Shown piece by piece: positions 36,215 to 45,653 of a DNA stretch of 48,477 nucleotides. The stretch covers positions 1-48,477 of the forward strand of contig JBQTIM010000085.1 in assembly GCA_052388135.1 (NCBI GenBank), given 5' to 3'. The notes under the pieces were generated by a model that saw only the letters and a list, made by a program, of their open reading frames with translations, ran no database searches and was not told the origin of the DNA. Positions within the stretch are counted from its first letter, which is position 1. Each line of letters starts with the position of its first letter. A program made the translations under genes and the position numbers. The DNA is from Elusimicrobiota bacterium (lineage in GTDB: Bacteria > Elusimicrobiota > Elusimicrobia > FEN-1173).

Positions 36215-37482
36215 CGGAAAATTTCCTCCAGCAGGTCGAGGCTTTTTTCCACGGCGCCCTGCTGGGAGCGGGCCGCGCGGAGGGCGGCTTCCCCGCAGGC
36301 GGCCGCGGCGGCCGGATCCGCTTTCCAGGCGGCGAGCTGTTTCTCCAGCGCCGGCCCGTCGGAGACGCGCGCGGCGCCGCCCGCGGCCAGGAGCAGGTCC
36401 GCGATGTCCTGAAAGTTTTCCATGTGCGGGCCGAAGAGCAGGGGCGCGCCCCAGCGGGCGGGCTCCAGGGGGTTTTGTCCGCCTCGCGGCGCGAGGCTTC
36501 CTCCCAGGAAAACGGCGGAAGCCAGACCATAGGCCTCGGCCAACTCCCCCACCGTGTCCAGGATCAGGACGTCGGCGGGCGCGAAGCCGGCTCCCGCCGT
36601 CGTGCGGAGGCGGAACGAAAGCCCTCGCGCCGCCAGCAGGCGCCCCACGTCGCCGGCGCGCTCCACGTGCCGGGGAGCGAGAATCATTTTCAGGGAATCA
36701 CCGCGCTTCAAGAGGGCGGCCAGGACGCCGGCCAGAACCTCCTCTTCCCCGGCGTGGGTGCTTCCGCACACCCAGACATAGTCCGACCGGCGGAAGTGAT
36801 ACTTCTTGAAAAGCTCCAAGCGCCCGCCGCGGTCGGGCAAGGCGGCGTCGTATTTCAAATTGCCGGTGACGGACACGCGGGCCGGATCGGCCCCCGCCAG
36901 GGCCCAGCGCCGCGCGTGCTCGGGGCTTTGGGCGCCCACGCGCCGCAGGCCCCGCAGGAGAGGCGCCCAAAGGAACTTGAGGCGCAGGTAGGAGGCGATG
37001 GAGTGGTCGGAGATGCGGCCGTTCAAAACGACCACGGGCACCCCGCGGGCGCGGGCCGTCCTCAACCAGTTCGGCCAGAGTTCGGTTTCCACCAAAGCCA
37101 GAACCTTGACGCGGCGGCGACGCAAGAACCGCTCCGCGCAAAAGCCCAGGTCCAGCGGCGCCAGGCGCACCTCCTCGGCCAGGTTCAATTTCCGCGCCAG
37201 CTCCTGGCCGGGAACCGTGGTTGTGGTGAGGAGGCGGCGAAGCCCCGGAAAGCGCTCGGGAAGGCGGCGCAGCAGGGGCTCCACGGCCTTCACTTCCCCC
37301 ACCGAGGCGGCGTGCACCCACAGCGTGTCGCCGGGCGACTCGGGGCCTCCGCCCAGGCGCTCTCCCAGCCCCCGGAGCGTGCGCCGCAAACCGAAGCGCC
37401 ACACGAAGGCCAGGAAAATCAGAGGCCACAGGAGGGCCAGCAGGAGCGAATAGGTATTGAGGAGGATTTTGTCCACGGTCAC
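36211..37482 (-). CDS. waaA: 3-deoxy-D-manno-octulosonic acid (Kdo) transferase
   Basis: WVHAASVGEV, ETELWPN, APRH, and GGSL...GGQNPLEPA. GTG start at 37482 (or 37476), just downstream of the DUF374 stop. Confidence 0.88.
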   Translation of the reverse strand: MTVDKILLNTYSLLLALLWPLIFLAFVWRFGLRRTLRGLGERLGGGPESPGDTLWVHAASVGEVKAVEPLLRRLPERFPGLRRLLTTTTVPGQELARKLNLAEEVRLAPLDLGFCAERFLRRRRVKVLALVETELWPNWLRTARARGVPVVVLNGRISDHSIASYLRLKFLWAPLLRGLRRVGAQSPEHARRWALAGADPARVSVTGNLKYDAALPDRGGRLELFKKYHFRRSDYVWVCGSTHAGEEEVLAGVLAALLKRGDSLKMILAPRHVERAGDVGRLLAARGLSFRLRTTAGAGFAPADVLILDTVGELAEAYGLASAVFLGGSLAPRGGQNPLEPARWGAPLLFGPHMENFQDIADLLLAAGGAARVSDGPALEKQLAAWKADPAAAAACGEAALRAARSQQGAVEKSLDLLEEIFR

Positions 37483-37493
37483 CCGGGGATATT

Positions 37494-38240
37494 TTACTTT
37501 TTCGCGGAAAGGTGTTTCTCCGCCTCTTGGGCGGCGGCGTCCAGGGCCCGGCGAAGGGACTCTTCGGCGGCGCTTTCGTCGTTGCTGAGAAAAACCGGCT
37601 CGCCGTAAACCACGTGGTAGCGGCCGAAGGGCAGAGGCACCAGGAACCGGTCCCAGGAATTCAGCTCTTTGACGCGCGATCCGGCCCAACCCACGGGCAC
37701 AATCGGCACGCCGGCTTGCCGCGCGGCCGCCGCCAGGCCGGGCTGGATGGACCGGAAAGGGCCCCGCGGACCGTCGGGCGTGAAGACCACGCGCTCCCCG
37801 GCTTGCAGGCGGCGGACGATCTCCATGAAAGCCGCCGCTCCTCCCCGGGAAGAAGATCCGCGGATCGTTCCGTAACCCAGCCTCCGCATGGTCTTGGCGA
37901 TGTATTCGCCGTCGCGGCTCTGGCTCACCAGCACATGCAGGCCTTGTCCGCGATGGGCGAAAATAAGCAGGAGCTGGAACCGGTGCCAGAGGGCATAGAT
38001 GAAAGGTTTGCGCTCAGCCAAAAGTTTCTGGACGCCGGGGGACGGATGGAAGGAAAGCCGCGACGTGCGGCCGATGGCTTGCAGGATGACCCAGCCCAGG
38101 CAAGACGCGGCGGAGGCCTGGACCCTGTCGCGAAAAGTGAGATGGGGCGCCCGCCTTTCGACGGGAACAGGTTTCAAGAGGATGGTCCGGGCCTCGGTTC
38201 GACGGGGTTTCCTAAGGGTCCGTAAAGAAATAACCGACAC
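37494..38240 (-). CDS. DUF374 / lysophospholipid acyltransferase-like protein
   Basis: ALWH..., SQSRDGEYI, RGSSSRGG, and TPDGPRGP pattern typical of DUF374, a family I recall as frequently adjacent to waaA. The GTG start at 38240 lies inside the inverted repeat of the neighbouring element, so the true start is uncertain. Confidence 0.7.
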   Translation of the reverse strand: MSVISLRTLRKPRRTEARTILLKPVPVERRAPHLTFRDRVQASAASCLGWVILQAIGRTSRLSFHPSPGVQKLLAERKPFIYALWHRFQLLLIFAHRGQGLHVLVSQSRDGEYIAKTMRRLGYGTIRGSSSRGGAAAFMEIVRRLQAGERVVFTPDGPRGPFRSIQPGLAAAARQAGVPIVPVGWAGSRVKELNSWDRFLVPLPFGRYHVVYGEPVFLSNDESAAEESLRRALDAAAQEAEKHLSAKK

Positions 38241-38480
38241 ATTTCCGCCGGGGGGATTTCGAGCCGAATCGAAGTCAAATTTTCAGCGCATGCTCGTTGC
38301 ATGTAAGGGAAATTTGACGAAGATGCAGGCCGAAAGCCCCCGGCCCTTCGGGAGGAGCCCATCGCGGGCGAAATCTTCGTTGCTCGTCGGTTACATGGAT
38401 TCACCATGCGCCCTCCTCACGCCTCGAACTCACCCGCACTGGGCTCCTCGGAAATAGGTCAGTTATTTGTTTACGGACCC
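38216..38480. mobile_element. 265-bp MITE-like element with 23-bp terminal inverted repeats, non-autonomous
   Basis: GGGTCCGTAAAGAAATAACCGAC (38216-38238) matches the reverse complement of 38458-38480 (GGGTCCGTAAACAAATAACTGAC) at 21 of 23. Internal 9-bp pair GTCAAATTT/AAATTTGAC. Shares a 21-mer with 25764-25784 and GATTTCGAGCCGA with the 15771-16017 element. It has no ORF of its own. Confidence 0.7.
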
Positions 38481-39139
38481 TAGCCCCTGGCGCCGGCTCC
38501 CTGGCCGCGGCCCTTCTTGGCCGGCGGCCACCAAAGCACGTGGCCGGCGCGGGCAAAACGCGGGGACAGGCGGCCGTCGTCTTTGAGACGGATGCCGATC
38601 TTGTCGGCCTCCAGGGAGGACAGCACGTCCGGCAAACGCTCCGGCTCGGCCAAGCGCGGAGACAGCTCGCAGGATTCGTCCTTGGCCTCCTCCTGCACGA
38701 GGCGGTAGACGAAATGGGCGGCCTGCTCGGCGGCCTCCTCCCCGAGGCACGTGAGTATCTGGCCCCGGAGCGCTTCGTTGCGGGCCAATGTTTCGGCCAG
38801 CTCCTTTTCCAGGGGCGCGCCCACGGTGGCGGCGTAGACGGTCAGGGCCACGGGGGCGGCGCCGGCTTCGCTGCGGGATTCCCACAGGGGAGCCGTCCAG
38901 GGCGGAGCGTCGCCGGCGTTGAAAGTGGCGTAGAGGGCGGCGGTGTCGTGCAAATCTTTGGCGTTCTGGATTTCCTGCTCCACGGCCTTTTCCAATTCGG
39001 GGGTGAGGCGGGTGTCGCCGGTGAGGGCCTTCAATCCGCGGAGGACGGAGGCGAGGCGGGGCTGGACCTTGAACTTGCGGATTTTTTTGGCGCGGGCGCC
39101 GGCGGACGCGTCGGGACCGGCCGGCGGAACGCTCGTCAC
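38480..39139 (-). CDS. hypothetical protein (possibly methionine-synthase activation-domain-like; unverified)
   Basis: GTG 39137-39139 overlaps the secF stop (GTGA). 219 aa with codon usage like its neighbours. The resemblance to Met_synt_B12-type stand-alone proteins (ATVGAPLE..., LGEEAAEQAA...) is an impression only. Confidence 0.5.
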   Translation of the reverse strand: MTSVPPAGPDASAGARAKKIRKFKVQPRLASVLRGLKALTGDTRLTPELEKAVEQEIQNAKDLHDTAALYATFNAGDAPPWTAPLWESRSEAGAAPVALTVYAATVGAPLEKELAETLARNEALRGQILTCLGEEAAEQAAHFVYRLVQEEAKDESCELSPRLAEPERLPDVLSSLEADKIGIRLKDDGRLSPRFARAGHVLWWPPAKKGRGQGAGARG

Positions 39140-40035
39140 CGCGGGCGGCGGGCGCGGCGCATCTGCCAGTCGTAGACCATGGGCGTGGCCACGAACCACG
39201 TGGAATAGCTTCCGATGATCACGCCGAAAGTGAGGGCGGCCGAGAAGTCCCGCAGGACCTCGCCGCCGAAGAAAACCAGCGCCAGCAGGACGAGGAGGAC
39301 CATCAACGACGTGATCATGGTCCGCGACAACGTCTCGTTCAGCGAACGGTTGATGAGCACGTCCAGAGGCTCCTTGCGCCGCAGGCGGATGTTCTCGCGG
39401 ATGCGGTCGAAAATCACGATGGTGTCATTGATGGAGTAGCCGGCCAGGGTGAGCAGGGCGGCGATGACGGTGACGGACATTTCCCGGCCCGTGACGGCGA
39501 GGAAGCCCGTGGTGATGACGACGTCGTGGAAGAGCGCCAGGACGCCCGTGGCGCCCCAAATCCAGTTCTTGAACCGGAAGGCCACGTACAGGATGATGCC
39601 CAAAAGGGAGAAGACCACCGCCAGCAGGGACTGGCGCACCAAGTGGCGGCCCACCACGGGCCCCACGAACTCCGCCCGCTCCAACGTGAACGAATTGGAC
39701 GGGAAGGCCTTGTTCAAAGCGTCCGTGATGCGGGTGGCCGCCTCGTCCTTGGCGCCCGAGCCCGTGCGGATGATGACCGCGTTGCGGGCGGGCTCCGTCT
39801 GGATTTCCACCTGCAGGCCGGCGTCGGACAGGGCCTGGCGCACGTCTTCCAACTCGGCGCGCTGCTGAAAGCGGCCCTCCACCAGGGCGCCGCCGGTGAA
39901 GTCGATGCTGAGGGGCGGCCCCTTGACAGCGAGGAAAACCAGCGTGCCCAGGACCATGGCGCCGGAAACGCCGTAAAAGAGCTTGCGGCGCTTCATGAAA
40001 TCCACCTGGGGAACGGTCTTGAAAAGCTGGATCAT
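39136..40035 (-). CDS. secF: protein translocase subunit SecF
   Basis: MIQLFKTVPQVDFMKRRKLFYG..., GIDFTGG-like SIDFTGG, and YSINDTIVIFDRIREN. ATG overlaps the secD stop (ATGA). Confidence 0.93.
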   Translation of the reverse strand: MIQLFKTVPQVDFMKRRKLFYGVSGAMVLGTLVFLAVKGPPLSIDFTGGALVEGRFQQRAELEDVRQALSDAGLQVEIQTEPARNAVIIRTGSGAKDEAATRITDALNKAFPSNSFTLERAEFVGPVVGRHLVRQSLLAVVFSLLGIILYVAFRFKNWIWGATGVLALFHDVVITTGFLAVTGREMSVTVIAALLTLAGYSINDTIVIFDRIRENIRLRRKEPLDVLINRSLNETLSRTMITSLMVLLVLLALVFFGGEVLRDFSAALTFGVIIGSYSTWFVATPMVYDWQMRRARRPR

Positions 40036-41465
40036 ACGCTTAGCCTCTGGGTGCTGCGACCGCCCAGGATGACGTCGTAGACGGCCCGCGTCACCGTCGT
40101 CGCCGTGAACATGGACAGCAGAAGGCCCAGGATCAGGGAGATGCCGAAGCCTTTCACAGGGCCCGTGCCGAACTGGAACAAGAACGCCGCGGCCACGATG
40201 GCCGTGACGTTGCCGTCCAGGATGGCGGAGAAAGCCTTGTCGTAGCCCTGGTCCAGGGCCAGGCGCGGGCTCTTGCCCAAAGCAAGCTCTTCCCGCACTC
40301 GCTCCAATATAAGGATGTTGGCGTCCACGGACATGCCGATGGACAAGATGATGCCGGCGATGCCGGGCAGCGTGAGGGTGGCGCCCAGAGCCGCCATGGC
40401 GCCCAGGAGCAGGAAGAGGTTCATGAGCAGGGCCGAGTCCGCCAAGAGCCCCGACAACTTGTAGTAGATGGCCATAAAAATGAACACCAGGCCCATGCCG
40501 ATGGCCAGTGCGCGGAGGCCGGCCTTGATGGAATCTTCCCCCAAGGTGGGGCCCACGGTGCGCTCCTCCACCACCTGCAGGGGCGCGGGCAAGGCACCGG
40601 CCTGCAGCACCGTTTTCAAAAGCTTGGAATCCTCGGGCGTAAAGTTTCCTTCGATGATGGCCTTGCCGTCGGGGATGCGGCTGCGGATGACGGGCGCCGA
40701 CTGCACCACGCCGTCCAGGACGATGGCCAATTGGCGCTCGATGTTCTGCTCCGTGACCTGGGAGAAGCGCTTGGCGCCCTCGGGGCTGAATTCCAGGGCC
40801 ACCACGGGAAAGCCGGAGTAATCGCCGCCCAGCTCCACGCGGGCGTTGACCAGGGAGGAGCCGGTCATCTCCGCCGAGGATTTCACGAGGTAATAATTCT
40901 CTTCCCGCCCGGCCAGAAGCTCCGTTCCGGGCGGCAGGAGCGGCTTGAGCTCCTCGGGCATTCGCCCGGGCTTCAAATTGGACGGTCCCAGCCCCAACTC
41001 CCGCGCTTTTGCGGAAAGCGTTCCCAGGGCTTCGGAGGTCTCCACGATGCGGAATTCCAGGAGGGCCGTGCGCCCGATGAGGTCCTTGGCCTGCTCGCGG
41101 TCCGTCACGCCGGGCATCTGCACCACGATCCACTTTTCGCCCTGGCGCACGATGAGCGGTTCCGCCAGGCCGTATTGGTCCACGCGGTTGCGGATGATCT
41201 CCATGGCGCGGTCCACGGCGTCGCGCACCGTCTCGGGCCGGTCGTCGGGAAGCTTGGCGGTCTCCAGTTCCAGGACCAAATGGACGCCGCCCTGCAAATC
41301 GAGCCCGAGGTTCAAAATCTTGCCGGCCAAAGGATGGCGGCGGGCGCGCATTTTTTCCTGCTCGGCCCTGGGCTGGCTGTACCACTTAAAGGAAGGGTAA
41401 AGGAAATAGATGCCCATGAGCAGGAACACCCCGATGAAAATAAGGCGCCAATGGGTCCGGGTCAT
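40032..41465 (-). CDS. secD: protein translocase subunit SecD
   Basis: LNLGLDLQGGVHLVLE, GPTLGEDSI, and GMSVDANILILERVREE. Confidence 0.93.
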   Translation of the reverse strand: MTRTHWRLIFIGVFLLMGIYFLYPSFKWYSQPRAEQEKMRARRHPLAGKILNLGLDLQGGVHLVLELETAKLPDDRPETVRDAVDRAMEIIRNRVDQYGLAEPLIVRQGEKWIVVQMPGVTDREQAKDLIGRTALLEFRIVETSEALGTLSAKARELGLGPSNLKPGRMPEELKPLLPPGTELLAGREENYYLVKSSAEMTGSSLVNARVELGGDYSGFPVVALEFSPEGAKRFSQVTEQNIERQLAIVLDGVVQSAPVIRSRIPDGKAIIEGNFTPEDSKLLKTVLQAGALPAPLQVVEERTVGPTLGEDSIKAGLRALAIGMGLVFIFMAIYYKLSGLLADSALLMNLFLLLGAMAALGATLTLPGIAGIILSIGMSVDANILILERVREELALGKSPRLALDQGYDKAFSAILDGNVTAIVAAAFLFQFGTGPVKGFGISLILGLLLSMFTATTVTRAVYDVILGGRSTQRLSV

Positions 41466-41535
41466 GGACGGAAGGGCGAGCTGTTCTCGGCGAAGCGGAA
41501 AGGGGCGGGGCGCGGTGTCATGGGTCGGGATCGCC

Positions 41536-41955
41536 TCAGTGGGAAGCGGCGGGCTCCGTTTCCTGGGCGGGATCGCCGGTCAAGACCTGGGTCACGGCGC
41601 TCTTGGCCATCTGGACCTTGAGCTCGTCGGCCAGCTTGACCTCGAGGACCTTGCCCTTAACGGCGCTCACGGTGCCGTAAAGGCCGCCCTGGGTGAGGAT
41701 GCGGTCCCCGCGCTTCAGTTCCTCCAGCATCTTCTTGTGCTCCTTGGCTTGTTTCTGCTGGGGACGGATAAGAAGGAAATAGAAGATCACCACCACCATG
41801 GCCAGCGGGGCGAAGTTCATGAGCCCGCCGCCGGACGCGGCCGGAGCCTCGGCCCAGGCGGCCGCGGGAGCGAACAGGAAAAGGGACAGCGCGAGCTTTT
41901 TCAACACCGGCACCTCCGGGATTTTCGGGCGGAAAGGGGTGTCAACCGGACTCAT
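41536..41955 (-). CDS. yajC: preprotein translocase subunit YajC (with N-terminal signal-like extension)
   Basis: YajC core LAMVVVIFYFLLIRPQQKQAKEHKKMLEELKRGDRILTQGGLYGTV. ATG 41955 overlaps the tgt end by 14 nt, and a later start is possible. Confidence 0.8.
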   Translation of the reverse strand: MSPVDTPFRPKIPEVPVLKKLALSLFLFAPAAAWAEAPAASGGGLMNFAPLAMVVVIFYFLLIRPQQKQAKEHKKMLEELKRGDRILTQGGLYGTVSAVKGKVLEVKLADELKVQMAKSAVTQVLTGDPAQETEPAASH

Positions 41956-43099
41956 CGGAGTGGTATGACTTTAGGAATCCGCTCTTAAAATCCTTGAATT
42001 TTGACCGCTCTATGGATTCTCGGATTTTGCGCATGAAGTCTACCATAAAGGCCAGATTGTGTAAAGAAGCCAGGCGCAGTCCCAGGTATTCCCCCGACCG
42101 GAAGAGATGGGAGAGGTAGCTGCGGGAATAGCGCGCGCACACGGGACAGGGGCAAGAGGGGTCGATGGGCGCGGAGTCGTGGCGGCAGCGGGCGTTTTTC
42201 AGGTTGAGCGGGCCGTTCCAGGTGAGAGCCTGGCCGTTGCGGCCGTTGCGCGTGGGCAGGACGCAGTCGAACATGTCGACGCCGCGCTCCACGGCGTCCA
42301 GGATGTCCTCGGGTTTGCCCACGCCCATGAGGTAGCGCGGCTTGTCCTCGGGCAGGACGGCGATGCTGGCCTCGAGCATCTCCCGCAGGACGTCCCGCGG
42401 CTCGCCCACGGACAGGCCGCCCACGGCGTAGCCGGGAAAGTCCATCTCGACGGTGCGGAGGGCGCTTTCGCGGCGCATGTCGGGATAGGCGGCGCCTTGG
42501 ACGATGGGGAAGAGGTTGGTGCCCGGGCGCGCGGCGTCCGTCCAGGCTTTCTTGCAGCGGGCGGCCCAGCGGAGCGTGCGCTCCATCATGTCCCGCGCCA
42601 TGTCCTGGGCCACGGGGTAGGGCGGGCATTCGTCCAGGCACATGGCGATGTCCACGCCCATGGCGAGCTGGGCCGCCACCACGCTTTCGGGCGTGAGGGA
42701 ATGGCGCGCCCCGTCCACGTGGGAGGTGAAGGCGGCGCCGTCCTCCGTGATGGTCCGCCGGTTGGCCAGGGAAAAAACCTGGTAGCCGCCGGAATCCGTC
42801 AGGATGTTCCGGCGCCAGCTCATGAAGGCGTGGAGGCCGCCGGCTTTTTCCAGCGTTTCCAGGCCCGGACGCAGGAGCAGGTGGTAGGTGTTGCCCAAAA
42901 TGATTTGGTAGCCGAGGGCCTCCAGCTCTTCGCAGGAGATCGTCTTGACGGTGGCCTGGGTGCCCACGGGCATGAAGACGGGGGTTTGGACTTCTCCGTG
43001 GGACAGGCGCAGGACGCCGCGGCGGGCGGCGGAATCTTTTTGCAGGAGGCTGAAAATGCCCGGGGACGTTTTTTCGGACGGGACCGCCTGCGGCCTCAC
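41942..43099 (-). CDS. tgt: queuine tRNA-ribosyltransferase
   Basis: TPVFMPVGT, LGNTYHL, TDSGGYQVFS, GLSVGE, and zinc site CxCxxC...H (CPCPVCARYSRSYLSHL). GTG 43097-43099 overlaps the queA stop (GTGA). Confidence 0.93.
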   Translation of the reverse strand: MRPQAVPSEKTSPGIFSLLQKDSAARRGVLRLSHGEVQTPVFMPVGTQATVKTISCEELEALGYQIILGNTYHLLLRPGLETLEKAGGLHAFMSWRRNILTDSGGYQVFSLANRRTITEDGAAFTSHVDGARHSLTPESVVAAQLAMGVDIAMCLDECPPYPVAQDMARDMMERTLRWAARCKKAWTDAARPGTNLFPIVQGAAYPDMRRESALRTVEMDFPGYAVGGLSVGEPRDVLREMLEASIAVLPEDKPRYLMGVGKPEDILDAVERGVDMFDCVLPTRNGRNGQALTWNGPLNLKNARCRHDSAPIDPSCPCPVCARYSRSYLSHLFRSGEYLGLRLASLHNLAFMVDFMRKIRESIERSKFKDFKSGFLKSYHSDESG

Positions 43100-44223
43100 A
43101 AGATGGCCATGGCGTCGCCGTAGGAGAAGAAGCGGTAGTTTTCGGCGAGGGCGATCTCGTAGGCGCGGCGCAGGGGGCGCACGCCGGCGAAAGCCGCCGC
43201 CAGCAGGAGGGGCGTGTGCCTGGGCAGGTGGAAATTGGTGACGAGGGCGTCGACGGCGCGGAACTTGTAGCCGGGGTAGATGTAGAGGGCCGTCTGGCCG
43301 GAGCTGGCCCGGAGGACGCCCTTTTTGTCCACCGCGCTTTCCAGCGTTCGCACGACGGTGGTGCCCACGGCCCACACGCGCCGGCCCTCGGCGCGGGCGC
43401 GGTTGACGGCCCGGGCGGCGCTCTCCGGGATCTCGTATTCCTCGGGCAACATCTTGTGGATGCGGTAGTCGTCGTCCCGCAGGGGGCGGAACGTTCCCCA
43501 GCCCACGTTCAAGCGCAGGGTGGCCACCTCCACGCCCTTGGCGCGCAGGCGGGCGAGAAGCTCCTCCGTGAAATGGAGGCCCGCTGTGGGCGCGGCCACG
43601 GCGCCGGGCGTCCAAGGCTTGTCCGCGGTTTCGGGCGCGGCGGGATCGCGGGCGAAAACGGTTTGATAAAAGGAGCGGTCCATGTTCTCGATGTCGGCCG
43701 GATCGTCGGGCTGGCGGCGGATGTAAGGCGGCAGGGGCATGCGGCCGAGGCGCTCCAAGTCGCCGCTGATGGGCCGGGAAAAGACGAGCTCGAATTCGCC
43801 CGTGCGCTGGACGCCCTCCACCCGCGCCTGCAGGCCGTCGGCCAGTGTGATGGTGGAGCCTATGCGCAGGGGCGGCGTGAGCAGGCTGGCCCATTTTTCC
43901 CCTCCGTCCGCCGGGCCCAGGCACTTCAACAGGAGCAGGCGCACGCGGCCGCCGCTGGTCTTGCGGCCCTCGAGCCGGGCCGGGAACACCTTCACGTCGT
44001 TCAAGATGAGAGCGTCGCCGGGGGACAGCAGGCCGTCCAGCTCGCGGAAAACGGCGTGGCGCACGTCGCCGCCGCGCCGGTCCAGGACCATAAGCTTGGC
44101 TTCGTCCCTTTTTTCCAAAGGCGCCTGGGGGATGAGGTCGGGCGGCACGTCCGGAAAATCGGCCAGGCGGTCCAGGGGATGGCCGAGGTGGGGATGCTCC
44201 AAAGGTTTGCGTTTAAAAATCAT
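43096..44223 (-). CDS. queA: S-adenosylmethionine:tRNA ribosyltransferase-isomerase
   Basis: LNDVKVFPARL, PLPPYI, PTAGLHFT, VGTTVVRTLES and FFSYGDAM. Confidence 0.92.
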   Translation of the reverse strand: MIFKRKPLEHPHLGHPLDRLADFPDVPPDLIPQAPLEKRDEAKLMVLDRRGGDVRHAVFRELDGLLSPGDALILNDVKVFPARLEGRKTSGGRVRLLLLKCLGPADGGEKWASLLTPPLRIGSTITLADGLQARVEGVQRTGEFELVFSRPISGDLERLGRMPLPPYIRRQPDDPADIENMDRSFYQTVFARDPAAPETADKPWTPGAVAAPTAGLHFTEELLARLRAKGVEVATLRLNVGWGTFRPLRDDDYRIHKMLPEEYEIPESAARAVNRARAEGRRVWAVGTTVVRTLESAVDKKGVLRASSGQTALYIYPGYKFRAVDALVTNFHLPRHTPLLLAAAFAGVRPLRRAYEIALAENYRFFSYGDAMAIL

Positions 44224-44307
44224 GGGTTGGTCCTTAAATGATTTTTCAGCTTGCCGGAGCGCGGGCGCCGGTCTTCCGGAAAAATCCGCCGGCCGGAGGG
44301 CGGCCGG

Positions 44308-45435
44308 TCACGCTCTCACCGACCCGACGGAAACGTCCTGGTAATAGAAGCTCAGTATTTTCCGGTAGTCCCAGCCCGCGTCGGCCATGGCCTTCATTCC
44401 CCATTGGCAGAGGCCCACGCCGTGTCCCCAGCCTCGGCCGGCGAAGTGCCAGACGCCATGGCGCTGGACCGCCGTGGTCCAATAGGTGCTGCGCACCACG
44501 CCGGGGTTCAGGATGAGGCGGAACCGGTTGCCCGGCAAATCCACGGAGCGTTTGCTCCCCGTCACGCGGACGAGGGCCGCCCGGCCCGACCGCGACTTCT
44601 CCAAAACCTTGAAAGCTTCCAGCTTCCCCACGTCCACGCCCGCCGCGCGCAGGGCGCGTTCGGCCGATTCCATTTTCACTTCGGCCTCCCAGGCGTATCG
44701 CGGGTTGCCCTTGCACCACGAGCACCGCACGGACTTCAGGTAGGGGACGGGTCCTCCTTCCCAGGCGGCGTCGGCGTCCTCGGTGGCGCCGCCGCAGTTG
44801 GAATGAAAAAACGTTCCCGCCACGCGGCCGCGGTGCAGGACCACTTCCCCCCGCGTGTCTTGAACCGCGCGGTTGGTGGTGTCCCTCTCGGAAGATTTGG
44901 CGCCGTACACCTGGCAGTGAACTTCATCGCAGACGTCGAACCCTTGCGCCTTGTGGCGGCCCCGGTTCTTGAGGGCGTAGGTGCGGCTGATGACGGCCTG
45001 GGCCCGCAGGGCCTCCGCCGGCCAGCCGGGAGACGCCTCGTGGATCAAGATCGCCGCGACGTAATCCTCCACCGACAAAACGTTCACCAGGGTCAGGCCG
45101 CCGGAGGTGCGGTGGATCTCCAGGCGGCCGCGGTAGGGCCTTCCGTTGATGCCCGCGAAGCCGTCGCCCCAGGGTTGGAACGCCACGGGGCTCTTGAGGA
45201 GGCGGCGGCCGATGCGGATGCCTTCGGGCACGGCTTCCGTCTTGATTTTGCCCTGGGAGCGGAGGCGCGTGGACAGTCCGGAGCCGTCGGAGAGGCGGTA
45301 ATCGCCGGGGTTGATTTCAACAGTTCGGGCGGAGACGATGACGCCCACCCGCACCTCGGGCGCCGGCGCGCTTCGAGCGGCCGAAGCCGCCGCGGCCAGG
45401 ACCGCCGCGCAAAAGATAATTTTACTTTTTGCCAA
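44308..45435 (-). CDS. SpoIID/LytB domain protein (peptidoglycan lytic/amidase-enhancer family)
   Basis: Signal peptide, VSVEDYV-like LSVEDYVAAIL, EALRAQAVISRTYAL, DVCDEVHCQVY, and FHSNCGGATE. TTG start. Confidence 0.88.
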   Translation of the reverse strand: MAKSKIIFCAAVLAAAASAARSAPAPEVRVGVIVSARTVEINPGDYRLSDGSGLSTRLRSQGKIKTEAVPEGIRIGRRLLKSPVAFQPWGDGFAGINGRPYRGRLEIHRTSGGLTLVNVLSVEDYVAAILIHEASPGWPAEALRAQAVISRTYALKNRGRHKAQGFDVCDEVHCQVYGAKSSERDTTNRAVQDTRGEVVLHRGRVAGTFFHSNCGGATEDADAAWEGGPVPYLKSVRCSWCKGNPRYAWEAEVKMESAERALRAAGVDVGKLEAFKVLEKSRSGRAALVRVTGSKRSVDLPGNRFRLILNPGVVRSTYWTTAVQRHGVWHFAGRGWGHGVGLCQWGMKAMADAGWDYRKILSFYYQDVSVGSVRA

Positions 45436-45646
45436 GGAACCTAAGGAAGAGGGTCAGGACCAGGCTGATCAGTATGCCCGTGGCCAATGGAAAATAAAAG
45501 CTGAAGTTTCCCCTTTTGATGACGATGTCGCCGGGCAGGCGGCCCAGCCAGGGAACGCGGGGCAGGAACAGGACGGCCAGGCCGGCGAGGACCAACAGCC
45601 CTCCCCAAAAAATCAAAGCCTTGCCGAGACCCGCCGAATCGCCCAT
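45422..45646 (-). CDS. DUF2905 family small membrane protein
   Basis: LGRLPGDIVIKRGNFSFYFPLATGILISLVL is the family signature. The usual position downstream of ruvB is kept. Confidence 0.85.
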   Translation of the reverse strand: MGDSAGLGKALIFWGGLLVLAGLAVLFLPRVPWLGRLPGDIVIKRGNFSFYFPLATGILISLVLTLFLRFLGKK

Positions 45647-45653
45647 GTCCGGA

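Noticed and set aside
22972-43924. N-terminal extensions of ORF-track entries: 22972..25656, 25872..27314, 28266..30110, 29102..30718, 30160..31653, 34146..36530, 36211..37689, 39136..41385 and 41942..43924.
   Set aside because: In each case the upstream 100-450 codons run through the preceding, well-supported gene in a different frame and translate to Arg/Pro/Gly-rich sequence. Family similarity begins only at an internal ATG, GTG or TTG that overlaps, or lies just after, the upstream stop codon. The genes were trimmed accordingly.
44251-45444. 397-aa plus-strand ORF antisense to the SpoIID gene.
   Set aside because: The minus-strand frame carries the SpoIID/LytB signature motifs and a signal peptide. 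The plus-strand translation is a featureless GC-shadow ORF.
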